DNA of 64,000 bases from the IMG/VR virus record IMGVR_UViG_3300028581_000010; one strand, written 5' to 3'. Below the pieces are notes generated by a model. The model ran no database searches and was not told the origin of the DNA. It worked only from the letters and a program-made list of their open reading frames with translations. Positions 47,101 through 56,059 of this stretch are shown here, in pieces (the first letter of the stretch is position 1; each line of letters opens with the position of its first letter). The translations under genes were made by a program, and so were the position numbers. This DNA comes from a virus. Lineage: Duplodnaviria > Caudoviricetes.

Positions 47101-47219
47101 TTGTAGCGCAGCAGCGAGTAGTTGGGCCCTATGATGAACGCCGGTAGTGGAAACTCCGCGTAGTTAGGTACTTGAGTGAACTCCTGCTGAACAAGAACTT
47201 TGGGTGTTACGTATGCCAT
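44169..47219 (-). CDS. Tail sheath protein (1016 aa, large insertion)
   Basis: N-terminal YVTPKVLVQQE; C-terminal VDNISY...YIGKYN...IDVEVRLNVPYPMNYINLKL. Confidence 0.88.
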   Translation of the reverse strand: MAYVTPKVLVQQEFTQVPNYAEFPLPAFIIGPNYSLLRYNEALEKQLTAVVNPDDSVLANKYQYLLDVTYSFPNVPAGGNVDHDYTKVFAEAVEALYFPNASLGSDSGDAAVTKVLADNGSTHTNRVRFSTVNLVSTSVADRDAVFSERDVKIGDVIEVTDNLGNVLKSKIKGLHADTPKTVGDSSLDATVGVALLTGSNGASNNTTTFTGTSFTAAMVGQYITITGKGTYKIIGYNSATSVSLSAVVTGTASNLTYKVGGIYNDVANVGVQTEDFNNAPTYTWLGIGEQLATGVTVLNSSTNYAGYPAARIMSDTYTVVVTEGTSLATAKFSVSSAAGAFVTKTDVAIAADILVVDDTDANDIQLDFSDTTAFVVGQSWSFTVTAGAALVNPTVALSTSTFTAPVDLVYKLTVVRGGAFYNGSTNADTCAKVTITSSDVDSSAAVLVREDVPFRVGNYGLTATFADGSAGGGLITGDVYYIATTAAKIGAVKIVELSDNLGESSLNLASTFTAKLFLTQTSIEIPSLRDLVDETVNWSQEDNYITINAGITTYVTNLLASAEPVRLPVVAAKLFVQHRDLLQNNVNSISGVRSASSVAALLGKIHPDNPLAQGVYDAALNSANQIVYFIGVATDDLAGYNAAIEIAKKNDKVYSFVPMTFDRSIQEAVVSHANAYSTPEVGRWRVAWLGVKDTLSTGLYDLKEDGVTAWTATITDDPVVTGSQNRLVTILGASFITDGVRPNDKVRVNFRLDPNSDVIYDEYTVDEVRTEESLVLTSSLASPINTPVKAQVVRVYTKDERATNIAFIGGEYNNRRVRVVFPDTYKSNGITKPGYVLAAAFAGLRSSVVPHQGLTNTEFLGADDLSKVVETFTQDQLNTMAEQGIWLATQEVVGATPYVRHQLTTANDSLNTSEDSITTNVDNISYGLKHALAPYIGKYNVNYENLLVVREAIIGELNFRATGTRTVRAGNQLTSFTPKDDILLLQINPNFKDRIDVEVRLNVPYPMNYINLKLIV

Positions 47220-47303
47220 AATGTTTAATTTCTGATGTTGTTATTTAATTTTAGTTAATTTTGCCCACAATCGCAATGCTTATTTTGCAGGCAGTTGATT
47301 TTT

Positions 47304-47981
47304 TCACTGCTGTGCCAAGGCGCGACAGGTGTCGGTAAAGACAGTGTATGACACTGTTTTTAGCTTCAAGTCGTCTCCCTTGATAATATACCCCATATCA
47401 AACGCGGTGTCTATTGATATCGACACCTTGAAGTGGTCCTTCGACTCCTGGTATAACACTGGCTGCGAGAGACCGGTCATGATAAACTGCCGCAAATTAA
47501 AGTCATTCTTGACGACCTCGCGCAGCTTAAGAAAAATTGAGTACACGTACTGCGCTACAAGCTCTGTAAACCCCACGTTAGTGGCGATAACGTCTATAGT
47601 CAGGGGCATCATCACAATAGCCATCTTACCCACCTCAGACTCCTTATAGTTCTGCGTAATAGCCTGGTTCATAGTGGGATACTTAAAGGTAGCAGGCCCA
47701 CGTGTTACGAAAATGGCCGGGCGCTTCTGCACAACAGAGTCCTTGTAGTTGTAGGCGATATCGAGAAAAATTGTAGTCTTTAGTGGGTCGGTGTCGTACT
47801 TTTGCGAAAAAGAATAGCCCAAGGCCTGCGGTGGGTTGTCCTGCATGTAGTTTGACAACAGCTCGTAGCAAATATTCTGGACAGTCCACGGCGTAAGAAC
47901 TATGGCGCGCTTATCACTATCCTCGGCTTCCCGCATAAACGGAGAGATGTAGCACGGGGTTATGTCGTTATTCTCGCTCAT
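47304..47981 (-). CDS. Tail completion/terminator-like protein
   Basis: Upstream of the sheath; QKRPAIFV.RG motif. Confidence 0.6.
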   Translation of the reverse strand: MSENNDITPCYISPFMREAEDSDKRAIVLTPWTVQNICYELLSNYMQDNPPQALGYSFSQKYDTDPLKTTIFLDIAYNYKDSVVQKRPAIFVTRGPATFKYPTMNQAITQNYKESEVGKMAIVMMPLTIDVIATNVGFTELVAQYVYSIFLKLREVVKNDFNLRQFIMTGLSQPVLYQESKDHFKVSISIDTAFDMGYIIKGDDLKLKTVSYTVFTDTCRALAQQ

Positions 47982-48789
47982 TGTAGTCTTTTGGTACCGG
48001 TATACTGTATATTGTATCAGTTGGGGGGACCATACGCAAGGTAGCCTTCTGCAATATGGCGATGTTTGTTCCTGGAAAAGTTGTGGCGTTTCTGGCCATG
48101 ACGCTGTACCGAAAGCCTGTTAGGTTTGTGACTATAATGTCTCTAGTGTCCACCAATGGGTAGCCAGGCATTCGCGCAATGATATCGTACGTCTCCTTGA
48201 CACCCATTCCACCTGGGTCCAGCTGCTTATCTTCTCCGCTATTTTCAACATAGTAAACGCAGCCTATAGGTTCAAAGTAGCCGTCGTCCAGCCCTACTCC
48301 GAAATCCTGTTCCTCCGTATCGGTGATAGAGACGCCTGACACAGGGTCTATATTAGCCTTTTGCGCAACTATGTCGCCATAAGACTTACGCTTAAGCAGC
48401 CAGGCAAACTGCCCAACATAGCGACAGTTCAGCAGCTCTTTACGAATTATCTCAGCAGCCATTGCGTATTTGCGGCGACTTACAGGATTATTACCAAACC
48501 AGACAGCGTGGGATTTATAGACCGTGCCGTCAGCCGTCGTTAGCACTACTCTGTAAGCGTAGTTTGTAGCCCAGGCCTGTTTCTGGCCGGTATCGTCTAC
48601 GGCGCAAAAAGTGTCTCCGAGCTCTTTCTCAAATAAAAGCTCCTCGAACTCAAGCGTTTGAGAGCACTGCAGCTTGAAGCTGTACGGCTTTGTGCCGTTA
48701 AAAAACGGGTCCAGCTTCCACTGAATAAAGTGCCCTCTGTAAAAGTCAGGCACGATAGTTATATTTTCAAATACTACGCCAGAGTACAT
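47968..48789 (-). CDS. Neck/head-closure-like protein
   Basis: Position between the adaptor and terminator genes. Confidence 0.55.
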   Translation of the reverse strand: MYSGVVFENITIVPDFYRGHFIQWKLDPFFNGTKPYSFKLQCSQTLEFEELLFEKELGDTFCAVDDTGQKQAWATNYAYRVVLTTADGTVYKSHAVWFGNNPVSRRKYAMAAEIIRKELLNCRYVGQFAWLLKRKSYGDIVAQKANIDPVSGVSITDTEEQDFGVGLDDGYFEPIGCVYYVENSGEDKQLDPGGMGVKETYDIIARMPGYPLVDTRDIIVTNLTGFRYSVMARNATTFPGTNIAILQKATLRMVPPTDTIYSIPVPKDYNERE

Positions 48790-48990
48790 TGTAATTAAGG
48801 GCGCTTTGCGAGCAGCCTCTCCATGTTTTTACGCATAATACTGCTGCCATAAGAAAAAACTCCATATGTGTCCCCTACCTTATGCTCCAGACTGCGGTTA
48901 AGCTTTATGCGCTGGACTATCCTGGTAAACACACCCAGTTCATGACCGGTACGCACACCACTGGCTACACGCCGAAGATTAGTTACCAGC

Positions 48991-49437
48991 TTACCAGCGC
49001 CGTCTGTGGATGTATTCTGAGTGCTTTGTTCCATAGACCTCTGCAATGTTTTGGTTCAGCTTGATGTCATGCGCGGCTTCCTTGAACTCATTCCAGTATT
49101 CTGTGCCCATGCTTATGAAGATCTGCGCCTTATCTTTGTCGTTGATCTGTACACCGTCGGCCGCGTAGCTCAGCTGGTTGGCGGCCTCGTTTATTGCGGC
49201 GGACTTAAGCAGGTACCCCGCGGAGCCCATCAGCATGAGGTACCTATATGGAAAAGACTCCACCGTATACTTCTGCGAAGAAGGCGGGTTCATTACGTTA
49301 AAGTAATCTACAACGTTTGTCATAGCTGCGTCGATAGCCTCCGCCGACCAGCGCACACCAAGAATAAGCGGATTCAACTCCGTCTTATCCATCATAAATA
49401 AACGGATTTCTTCGTTGGTTAAAACAGATTGTGCCAT
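48991..49437 (-). CDS. Head-tail adaptor-like protein
   Basis: Helical 148-aa ORF downstream of the capsid gene (NQLSYAADGVQINDKDK). Confidence 0.6.
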   Translation of the reverse strand: MAQSVLTNEEIRLFMMDKTELNPLILGVRWSAEAIDAAMTNVVDYFNVMNPPSSQKYTVESFPYRYLMLMGSAGYLLKSAAINEAANQLSYAADGVQINDKDKAQIFISMGTEYWNEFKEAAHDIKLNQNIAEVYGTKHSEYIHRRRW

Positions 49438-49449
49438 AGAATTAGTCGG

Positions 49450-49956
49450 TTAGCTTCGAGGCCCAAGCATCTTATCCATTATAGCGTTTACCTGTTGAAT
49501 GCGCAGCGATTGCTGAGGAGTTACCTCATTACGAGGCTGATAGTTCTGTACAGTGGCATTCGTCACTGGCGCGGTGTTGCGACTATAAGCAGACTCCAGT
49601 GCTCTGGATGTGCCTGTATGAAGACTGGTGTTTGTGGCACCTGCAGGGCCGCGGGCAGCAGCTAGCGTCGATGCCCTCGATGGTTGAGTTAGGTTTGCGT
49701 TTGTTATGGGAGCCTTGTCAGGGGTGGTGGGTAGCGCAGTCGCGCGGGAAGGATAGTTGCTGGCGGGTAGGGCAGGCCCGGTGCCAACTGCAATTGTGCC
49801 CCCAGCTCCACTCGATCCAGAGGCGGACGTAAACGCCTTGGTGGTGCCAGATATAGGCTTAGGAAGAGCCGGCGCTGCGGTGGGTGCAACGGGAGACGCT
49901 GCTATCTTGGTGAAAGCAACGAACTCGCTTAAAATTTCTCCAGATAGGTGTTTCAC
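49450..49956 (-). CDS. Pro/Thr/Ala-rich low-complexity protein
   Basis: N-terminus MKHLSGEILSEFVAFTKIAA shared with its neighbour. Confidence 0.65.
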   Translation of the reverse strand: MKHLSGEILSEFVAFTKIAASPVAPTAAPALPKPISGTTKAFTSASGSSGAGGTIAVGTGPALPASNYPSRATALPTTPDKAPITNANLTQPSRASTLAAARGPAGATNTSLHTGTSRALESAYSRNTAPVTNATVQNYQPRNEVTPQQSLRIQQVNAIMDKMLGPRS

Positions 49957-50162
49957 AGTTTCAATGGTTGGCTAGTATTGGTGCCTGGTTTAGGTGTGGC
50001 GCCACCTGAAACTATAGGTCTAACGGGTGTGGTGCCAGCAATACTAGGTCTTGGTGCGACGGCGGCGTTGACTATTGGCGTTGTTATTGCAGGCTGCAGC
50101 TGTGCCGAAGCCGACTTAGTGAAGGCAAGGAAGTCGTTTAGTATTTCACCAGAGAGTTTCAT
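49953..50162 (-). CDS. Pro/Thr-rich small protein
   Basis: N-terminus MKLSGEILNDFLAFTKSAS; leaderless promoter TTGAAG-N16-TATAAT, ATG 6 nt later. Confidence 0.65.
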   Translation of the reverse strand: MKLSGEILNDFLAFTKSASAQLQPAITTPIVNAAVAPRPSIAGTTPVRPIVSGGATPKPGTNTSQPLKL

Positions 50163-50204
50163 ACCATCATTATACGCTATTGCTCAAATACTTCAAACAC
50201 CAAA

Positions 50205-50242
50205 AATGAAAAAGGGCCCATTGCTGGACCCTTCTTCATTTA
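50205..50242 (-). terminator. Intrinsic terminator after the major capsid gene
   Basis: GAAGGGTCCA-GCAA-TGGGCCCTTT followed by TTCATTTTT. Confidence 0.7.
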
Positions 50243-50261
50243 TTCTAGCTGTGAGCTAAGA

Positions 50262-51221
50262 TTAACCGTTGAAGTCAACCTTAACAACACCCTTGACGTT
50301 TCCAAGAGCCAGCGACACATTCATGTACTGGAAATACTCGAGGAAGTATGCTTCATTCTTCATGAACACCGTTAGCGGGGTCAGCCGATAGTACTTACCT
50401 AGGAAGTCTTCCGAAGAAAACAGATAGATAACACCATCAGGAACGAGATCGTGCTTGATCGTGTAGGCGGGCTTCACACCAAGAAGAGTCTTGGAAGGAA
50501 GGCCGTTAACCCACATCTCTTGCGCGAGATCGCCACCAACCTCAGAACGGCTCATTTTAACGAAGTCGTCCGCGGTTACTGTGTTCATCAGCATCACGCC
50601 TTTGCTTTCGCCACCATCGGGCTGTGCAGGGCCAAATGGCACGCGCAGACGTTTGATGACTTTGAAGGCTTCCGCCACGTTTTCACGTGTGATACCACCA
50701 GAGATGGTAACGTTCTGCGGGAGACCTAGCTTGTTAAGCGGGTTAGCTGTGTTGACTGTTCCGATCACACTGTTGATACGCTCCAGGAACCGGGTGTCCA
50801 GTTCAGTTGCGATGTCCTTGGTGCTGATTTCGAGCATGATTGCACGAATGTCGTAGTCATAGCCACGTAGGTAGTCGATGTCCTTGTTGAACTTCGGTGA
50901 TACGATACGTGTGAAATACGACGGGTAGCGAGTGCCCCCGAACTGCACAGCATCAGGCACCACCCCTAGCGGGATAGTTACAGCAGGTGCGGTATCAGGT
51001 TCGCGGTCATTCCACTTAACCAGCAACTCAGGATCTTCACTCTTGTCGAGGTCGTCGTTAGAGATGTCGATCGGGGTTAGAATTTTCTCCGCGAAGCTTT
51101 CTTCACGAAGTTTGTTACGTGTGAAGCTCTGGGCGGAAACAGCTGCCTGTTTCTCGTTACCGGACTTCACCATTTCAACGAATGTGTCGTTGAATACTTT
51201 AAGATCAGCGATTTTTTCCAT
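50262..51221 (-). CDS. Major capsid protein (HK97 fold inferred)
   Basis: 319 aa; RNKLREESFAEKIL, LEISTKDIATELDTRFL, terminal NVKGVVKVDF; strong terminator downstream and decoration-like gene upstream. Confidence 0.8.
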   Translation of the reverse strand: MEKIADLKVFNDTFVEMVKSGNEKQAAVSAQSFTRNKLREESFAEKILTPIDISNDDLDKSEDPELLVKWNDREPDTAPAVTIPLGVVPDAVQFGGTRYPSYFTRIVSPKFNKDIDYLRGYDYDIRAIMLEISTKDIATELDTRFLERINSVIGTVNTANPLNKLGLPQNVTISGGITRENVAEAFKVIKRLRVPFGPAQPDGGESKGVMLMNTVTADDFVKMSRSEVGGDLAQEMWVNGLPSKTLLGVKPAYTIKHDLVPDGVIYLFSSEDFLGKYYRLTPLTVFMKNEAYFLEYFQYMNVSLALGNVKGVVKVDFNG

Positions 51222-51243
51222 AGTATTAGTTTAGTTTCCTAGA

Positions 51244-51705
51244 TTATACGGCAAGTTTAATCGCCACGAATGTTGCAGTGCCTTGGATCTTAACGCCGCT
51301 GATTGTCTCAGCTGCAGGAAGATCACGGGCGCCTACCACTTGACCGATTACGCGGTCGCTGGTCCCTTTGAGACCGATTAGTCCGTCTGTACGAGCGGAC
51401 ACTTGCGCGCCGACTGCATAGGTGGATGCGTCTCCGTAGAAGTTGGTCGTCTCCACGACGGATGCACCGTCTAGAAGATATACACCGATTTTACCAGATT
51501 CGATAGAGTCTCCATCGGCCTGGTCGTTGATTGCGAAGCCTAGAATTTCGTTTACAGCGTCCGGATCAGCGGTGCCCTTGAGCACTGTGCCAGCGTCTGT
51601 GTAACGAACTACCATGCCCGCTTCGATTGCTTGTCCAGAAACTGCCGCCCCAACGACATTTGTCTGATGGAGAGAAAGAGCTGGGCCAGAACGAAAATTG
51701 ATCAT
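51244..51705 (-). CDS. Head decoration/cement-like protein
   Basis: 153 aa, Gly/Val-rich, immediately upstream of the capsid gene. Confidence 0.6.
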   Translation of the reverse strand: MINFRSGPALSLHQTNVVGAAVSGQAIEAGMVVRYTDAGTVLKGTADPDAVNEILGFAINDQADGDSIESGKIGVYLLDGASVVETTNFYGDASTYAVGAQVSARTDGLIGLKGTSDRVIGQVVGARDLPAAETISGVKIQGTATFVAIKLAV

Positions 51706-51819
51706 ATTAGTTTTCCTTTTGTTTTGTTTGGTTTACTTACTTGTTTTGTTTTGCTTCACTGTCTACTCCACGCTCCGTCCAAGGACACTATGGCAATATA
51801 TGTGTAAAGGTATAATCCT

Positions 51820-51848
51820 ATATTATTGAAAATCAGCATATTCGTCAA
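51820..51848 (-). promoter_or_regulatory. Promoter for the decoration-capsid operon
   Basis: TTGACG-N17-TAATAT followed by an A/C-rich leader. Confidence 0.6.
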
Positions 51849-51858
51849 CAATATTTTT

Positions 51859-52041
51859 TCACGCACAATAAAAAGGTTGAAGTCTCCACCACATAGTTAC
51901 AGCAGCTGCCCGTTTAGCGGCGTGTTCCTCAGAATGTTTTTTGCCTAGCTTTGCTGCAGCCATCTTTGCTTTAGACTGGCTTGTGTGTTTATGGATGTTC
52001 CTGCGATGCGCTTTATTTCTCTTGAGGTGCTGCGCCTCCAA
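51859..52041 (-). pseudogene. NUMOD3-like endonuclease remnant
   Basis: HTSQSKAKMAAAKLGKKHSEEHAAK resembles NUMOD3 DNA-binding repeats; no nuclease domain present. Confidence 0.4.
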
Positions 52042-52462
52042 GTAGCTGTGTGCCTTTGAAGCCTGTCTCTGTAGACTGCAGCTTCTCCGCTAGCAACTTC
52101 TTGATGGTTTCCCGCTTACTGTCATGATCCGCAAAGAGCGCGGCAAGAGGTATCTGCCCGCCCACCCATCCACCTTTACCAGAGGAACCCTGATGCATTC
52201 GGCGACTTAGGCGTGTGCCCAGCTCGGAAAGTGGTCCTTCAACAAAAGGATTCATCCAGTAGTGGCCTGGGTGGTTCTTTCTGTTATGTACCATTGCCTT
52301 GAGTTTAATCTCGTCAGCAGCTGCGTTAGCGGCTTGCTGCAAGCTATAAGGTCCGTCTTCGGCGGAGGCTTTAATCAACGTAACAGCTTCACCACGGCTG
52401 AGACCGTAGGCTGCTGCTTGCTTGATAGCTCCAGTTAGAAATGAGTGTTCGTAGTTATTCAT
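52013..52462 (-). CDS. Head-associated protein with the GFxKxA..GL module
   Basis: MNNYEHSFLTGAIKQAAAYGLS. Confidence 0.65.
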   Translation of the reverse strand: MNNYEHSFLTGAIKQAAAYGLSRGEAVTLIKASAEDGPYSLQQAANAAADEIKLKAMVHNRKNHPGHYWMNPFVEGPLSELGTRLSRRMHQGSSGKGGWVGGQIPLAALFADHDSKRETIKKLLAEKLQSTETGFKGTQLLGGAAPQEK

Positions 52463-52856
52463 CGAGTAGGTTGTAATTGTTGTCATATCCGAACGCGCGC
52501 TGCATAACGGGATCGTCAGTAGCGCCTGCCGTCTTAACACGGGATACACGACCGACGTTCACTACGTCAGCCGCTTTGCAGATCTTCTCAACGACCTTAG
52601 CTAGATAAGCAGGGTCCTCGTTAGACTTTTTGATAAATTGTTTCTTCTCGTACGTGTCGCAGATAAAGTCTGAGTCGTACAGAGCATTAGCAGCCTTTTT
52701 GAGCGCTCCGTTAAATCGGTCGGAGCGTTCCTCTAGCTCATTGGTCAGCGAGGCGTTCTTGTCTTCTAGGGAAGCTACTTTTGCTTCCAAGGCATGAACC
52801 TCGTCGACAGACAGCTTAACAAACTCAGCTATTTTTTCCAGGTGTGCCTTTTCCAT
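52455..52856 (-). CDS. Coiled-coil, scaffold-like head protein
   Basis: LEKIAE, VKTAG; heptad-rich centre. Confidence 0.7.
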   Translation of the reverse strand: MEKAHLEKIAEFVKLSVDEVHALEAKVASLEDKNASLTNELEERSDRFNGALKKAANALYDSDFICDTYEKKQFIKKSNEDPAYLAKVVEKICKAADVVNVGRVSRVKTAGATDDPVMQRAFGYDNNYNLLDE

Positions 52857-53006
52857 GAGCTTTGATCTTATCCAAAGTTGCTAATGTATCTATGTACTCC
52901 AAGACTTTAAGCTTTTCTTCTTCTGGAAGAAAAGCCATAGCCTTTAAAGCTTCTTGTTCAACAGAGGATTGAACTCCTACCAAACCTTCGGCTTCCATAC
53001 GATTGA

Positions 53007-53930
53007 TTACTCCTGCGGAGTATTCTTTAGACGTTCGATTACCGCGGCGGCAACCGTAGCAGCAAGCTTCTCTTGAGCTTCTTTGTCAGCAGCTAGCTTC
53101 TCAGCGGCCTGCTTCTCATTTTGCTCTTTAACAGAAGCGGCTTCATACTCAGCGAGCGTGTCCCGAAGGGCTTCATTCTCTGCATATGCTTGCTCATAAG
53201 CGGCCTGTTTGACAAGGTTGTCAAAGTAAGCAGCGCCTGCTGCTTCAGCTTGTTTTTCGGAAAGTTCCGCGGTTGCACCTTTTTCAAGGCGAGCAGCTGC
53301 GTCAGCGATCAGAACATCAAAGTCCCGACGGCCAGCTTCTTTCATGAGTTCAGACTCAGAGGGAGCGGTTTCTGCTGCAACTTTTAGAAGAGCGGCGCAG
53401 AACTGACGGCCGAGTTCATAAGAGGCAACTTTAGCAGCCATGTCACGAACTTCATTGTCTTCAGCTTTCTTAGCAGAAGCAACGGGCTTAGACTTGTCGC
53501 TGGAAGGTTTCTGCTCGTGGGCTTGAGGAGAGAGCTTCTCAGGCTTTACAGCATTTTTGTCAACCTTCTCGTTCTCGTCTTTGATGGACTCTGGGTTGGT
53601 ATCTTTTCCTGGAACGCCTGTAACGGAGTCCTGGACTTCGGCCTGCTTGCGGATAATCTCCATGATCTCTGCGCCGAGTTCGGCAGCAGTCTTAGGAGAC
53701 GCAACGGGTTCAGAAGCGTCGTCAGAACCTTTCTGAGAATATCCTTGTGGGTTGTTCTCAGGCTTTACAGCGTTCTTGTTAGTTGTTTCGTGCTCGTCCT
53801 TAATAGACTCCGGTTTCGTATCTTCTCCGGGAACTCCGGTGATAGTCTTCTGGGCCTCTTCGGCAGCTTGTTTGGTAACTATTTGATGCAGTTGGTTTAA
53901 AACCTCTGCGTGCTTGCTTAAACGTGCCAT
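53007..53930 (-). CDS. Scaffold/core-like protein with an internal duplication and many KxA sites
   Basis: Two copies of TGVPG.DT.PESIKDE.E...KNAVKPE; KQAA, KTAA, KVAA and KLAA motifs. Confidence 0.75.
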   Translation of the reverse strand: MARLSKHAEVLNQLHQIVTKQAAEEAQKTITGVPGEDTKPESIKDEHETTNKNAVKPENNPQGYSQKGSDDASEPVASPKTAAELGAEIMEIIRKQAEVQDSVTGVPGKDTNPESIKDENEKVDKNAVKPEKLSPQAHEQKPSSDKSKPVASAKKAEDNEVRDMAAKVASYELGRQFCAALLKVAAETAPSESELMKEAGRRDFDVLIADAAARLEKGATAELSEKQAEAAGAAYFDNLVKQAAYEQAYAENEALRDTLAEYEAASVKEQNEKQAAEKLAADKEAQEKLAATVAAAVIERLKNTPQE

Positions 53931-53953
53931 AATATTATTTGTTGTTTGTTGTT

Positions 53954-54571
53954 TTATACTAGTTGATTTTTGTCCTGAGCGCAAGTAAATTTGCGGCTTT
54001 TTACTGACTTTTTCATATCTTCTCCAACCTTACTCAAGTTGTCTTTCTCCCACAGTGGGCGTAAATTGGTTAGCGCCCAGCCGCGTTTGAACTCTGTGTC
54101 GTCATGACTTTTATAACTGAATGAACCAAGCGGTTCGATATGGTCCACCACCCAGCCACCTTTGCCATAATTCTCCCAAGTCATCCCATCAGCAAATTTA
54201 CTTTCTAAGTGCCGTCTTAGGTCTTCTACAGTGTAGCCAACTAGTCCTTCCCAGCTGCGCCCACCTTTTCGAAGTTCGTTAGCCCGTAGATCGCGTGCCA
54301 CTGCGCACCGGATGTTATTATTCAACCGAAGCTTGACGTCGGCCTGTAGGCGCTCACGGCTGCGATCGCGATGATACGGGCGCATTTCAACCTTGTGGGC
54401 TTTAAGCCAAGTAGAAGATCTCAAATAGCTCTCCTCTTTGTGCCCATGATACCAACGTTTATTGTCAGCCGTATTACAGTCCTTGCAAGAGCTGCGCAGC
54501 CCATCCTTAGTAACAGCTCTGTAAAAGGCGTGAGTCGCTTTCAACATGTTGCACCTGCTACAAAGTTTCAT
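53954..54571 (-). CDS. Free-standing HNH homing endonuclease
   Basis: CSRC...CKDC Zn finger; WVVDHIEPL...WALTNLRPLWEKDNLSK. Confidence 0.85.
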   Translation of the reverse strand: MKLCSRCNMLKATHAFYRAVTKDGLRSSCKDCNTADNKRWYHGHKEESYLRSSTWLKAHKVEMRPYHRDRSRERLQADVKLRLNNNIRCAVARDLRANELRKGGRSWEGLVGYTVEDLRRHLESKFADGMTWENYGKGGWVVDHIEPLGSFSYKSHDDTEFKRGWALTNLRPLWEKDNLSKVGEDMKKSVKSRKFTCAQDKNQLV

Positions 54572-54592
54572 AAAACAAAATTAACGGACAAA

Positions 54593-55999
54593 TTATGCTG
54601 CTTGTTGATGGTCATGTCCACCACTCAACCCCATGGCAAGAGCACCTGCTCCTAGTGCGCCTGCTCCTGCGCCAATGCCAAAAGCGGCACCTGGATGCTC
54701 ACTACCGAACCCCATCGTAGCATCATACCCACCGGAGAGTTTCTGCTTCACAAGATCCCAGAGACCGGGGTCTGATTCAACCGCAGCTTTTGCGTCTGGG
54801 GGCAGTTTCGATTTGAGCGCTGTATCCGCCGGGGAATCCGGCTTGCGGGGTTGGCGAGGCTTGCGTACCTTTGGAGCTGCAACCGTCGGAGGCACAACCG
54901 GGGCAGCTGGGGCAGTGAGGACATCCTGCGCAGCATTTAGTGTTTGAGAGGTCGGCGAGGGGCCTGCAAAGGCCTTTGGCTTCGCCCCTGCTGGACGCTT
55001 AGCGGGTAGCACCGAGCGCCCGCTACTCACTGTAGCTTTTGGTGCTCCAGTCAAAACTTGCTGCATGCCCTTTCCTAGCCCGTCGAAGCCGGCTGCGTTC
55101 TTCTCCAGCTCTTCATAAACGAGCTCAAAAGCTGTCTTGTCGTCGAGACCATACTCACGAGCGCGCTCAACGACACCCTCGAAGTAAGCAGCTGTCTTTT
55201 CGTCGACCTCTGTAGAGGCCGCTTGTTTAGTCTGTGTTGTGTCGACAACGTAAGAAGGGTCTGACAGTGTGTTGATGGTAGTCACCAACGCGTTGTCGTA
55301 CATATCAACAGCTTCTTTAACATTTACACCGTGCTCAACAGCACGAGATAAAAATCCTTCCACATATTCTGCGGATTTAACATAATTCAAAGCACTGGTC
55401 TTTGCTGCAAGCTGTGCTGCGGGGTCTTCCTCTGGAGGAAGCTCTGCGCCTGCGGCTGCTTCTGGTGGAAGTCCGGCAGCTGCCTCTGGAGGCATTCCAG
55501 CGCCTTCATCACCATCGGGTTCGCCTGCGGGAAGCGAGGCGTCCGGATTCTGTTGCAAATGATCAGCAATAGCCTGAGCTAGTTGATGTAGTTCTGGGTC
55601 CTCTTGTCCTTCGGCTTCAGGGGCGCCACTTTGGGCTCCACCAATATCACCAGCTAGCTCGGAAGCAAGCTGCTCGAGTTCCTCTGGAGAAAGTTGTGCT
55701 AAGAGTTGATCGATATCACCATGCCCGCCTTCTTCCCCACCACCAAGGCCTTCAAGGGCTTCGGCTGGGTTTGGCTGTGCACCGGCTGCCTCAGGAGGCA
55801 TTGCTGGGCCTGCGGCTGCTTCTTCAAGACCTGCGCCCTGCGGGAGAGCGTTCGGGTCTTCTTGCGGAGGAGCGCCTGCGGCCATAGCAGCCATAGCGGC
55901 TGGGTCAGCTGCCTTTTTTAGCAAATATTGAATCTGTTCGTCAGAAAGACCGTTTGCCTGTGCAGCCTTGATGAAACCATTAGTGAAATTGTCGTTCAT
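54593..55999 (-). CDS. Acidic Pro/Ala-rich internal head protein with a C-terminal glycine zipper
   Basis: Three GF/GV..A...G[LV] modules, many KxA sites, terminal AAFGIGAGAGALGAGALAMGL. Confidence 0.7.
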   Translation of the reverse strand: MNDNFTNGFIKAAQANGLSDEQIQYLLKKAADPAAMAAMAAGAPPQEDPNALPQGAGLEEAAAGPAMPPEAAGAQPNPAEALEGLGGGEEGGHGDIDQLLAQLSPEELEQLASELAGDIGGAQSGAPEAEGQEDPELHQLAQAIADHLQQNPDASLPAGEPDGDEGAGMPPEAAAGLPPEAAAGAELPPEEDPAAQLAAKTSALNYVKSAEYVEGFLSRAVEHGVNVKEAVDMYDNALVTTINTLSDPSYVVDTTQTKQAASTEVDEKTAAYFEGVVERAREYGLDDKTAFELVYEELEKNAAGFDGLGKGMQQVLTGAPKATVSSGRSVLPAKRPAGAKPKAFAGPSPTSQTLNAAQDVLTAPAAPVVPPTVAAPKVRKPRQPRKPDSPADTALKSKLPPDAKAAVESDPGLWDLVKQKLSGGYDATMGFGSEHPGAAFGIGAGAGALGAGALAMGLSGGHDHQQAA

Positions 56000-56059
56000 T
56001 GTTTTATGTTATTGTTGTTTTATGATAGCCTTACTGGAGCTTTTTTTCAACCAGATTTT

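Noticed and set aside
53954-54592. Second intron around the HNH gene in the head cluster
   Set aside because: The flanking genes have their own stop and start, and there is no room for, or sign of, a ribozyme core.
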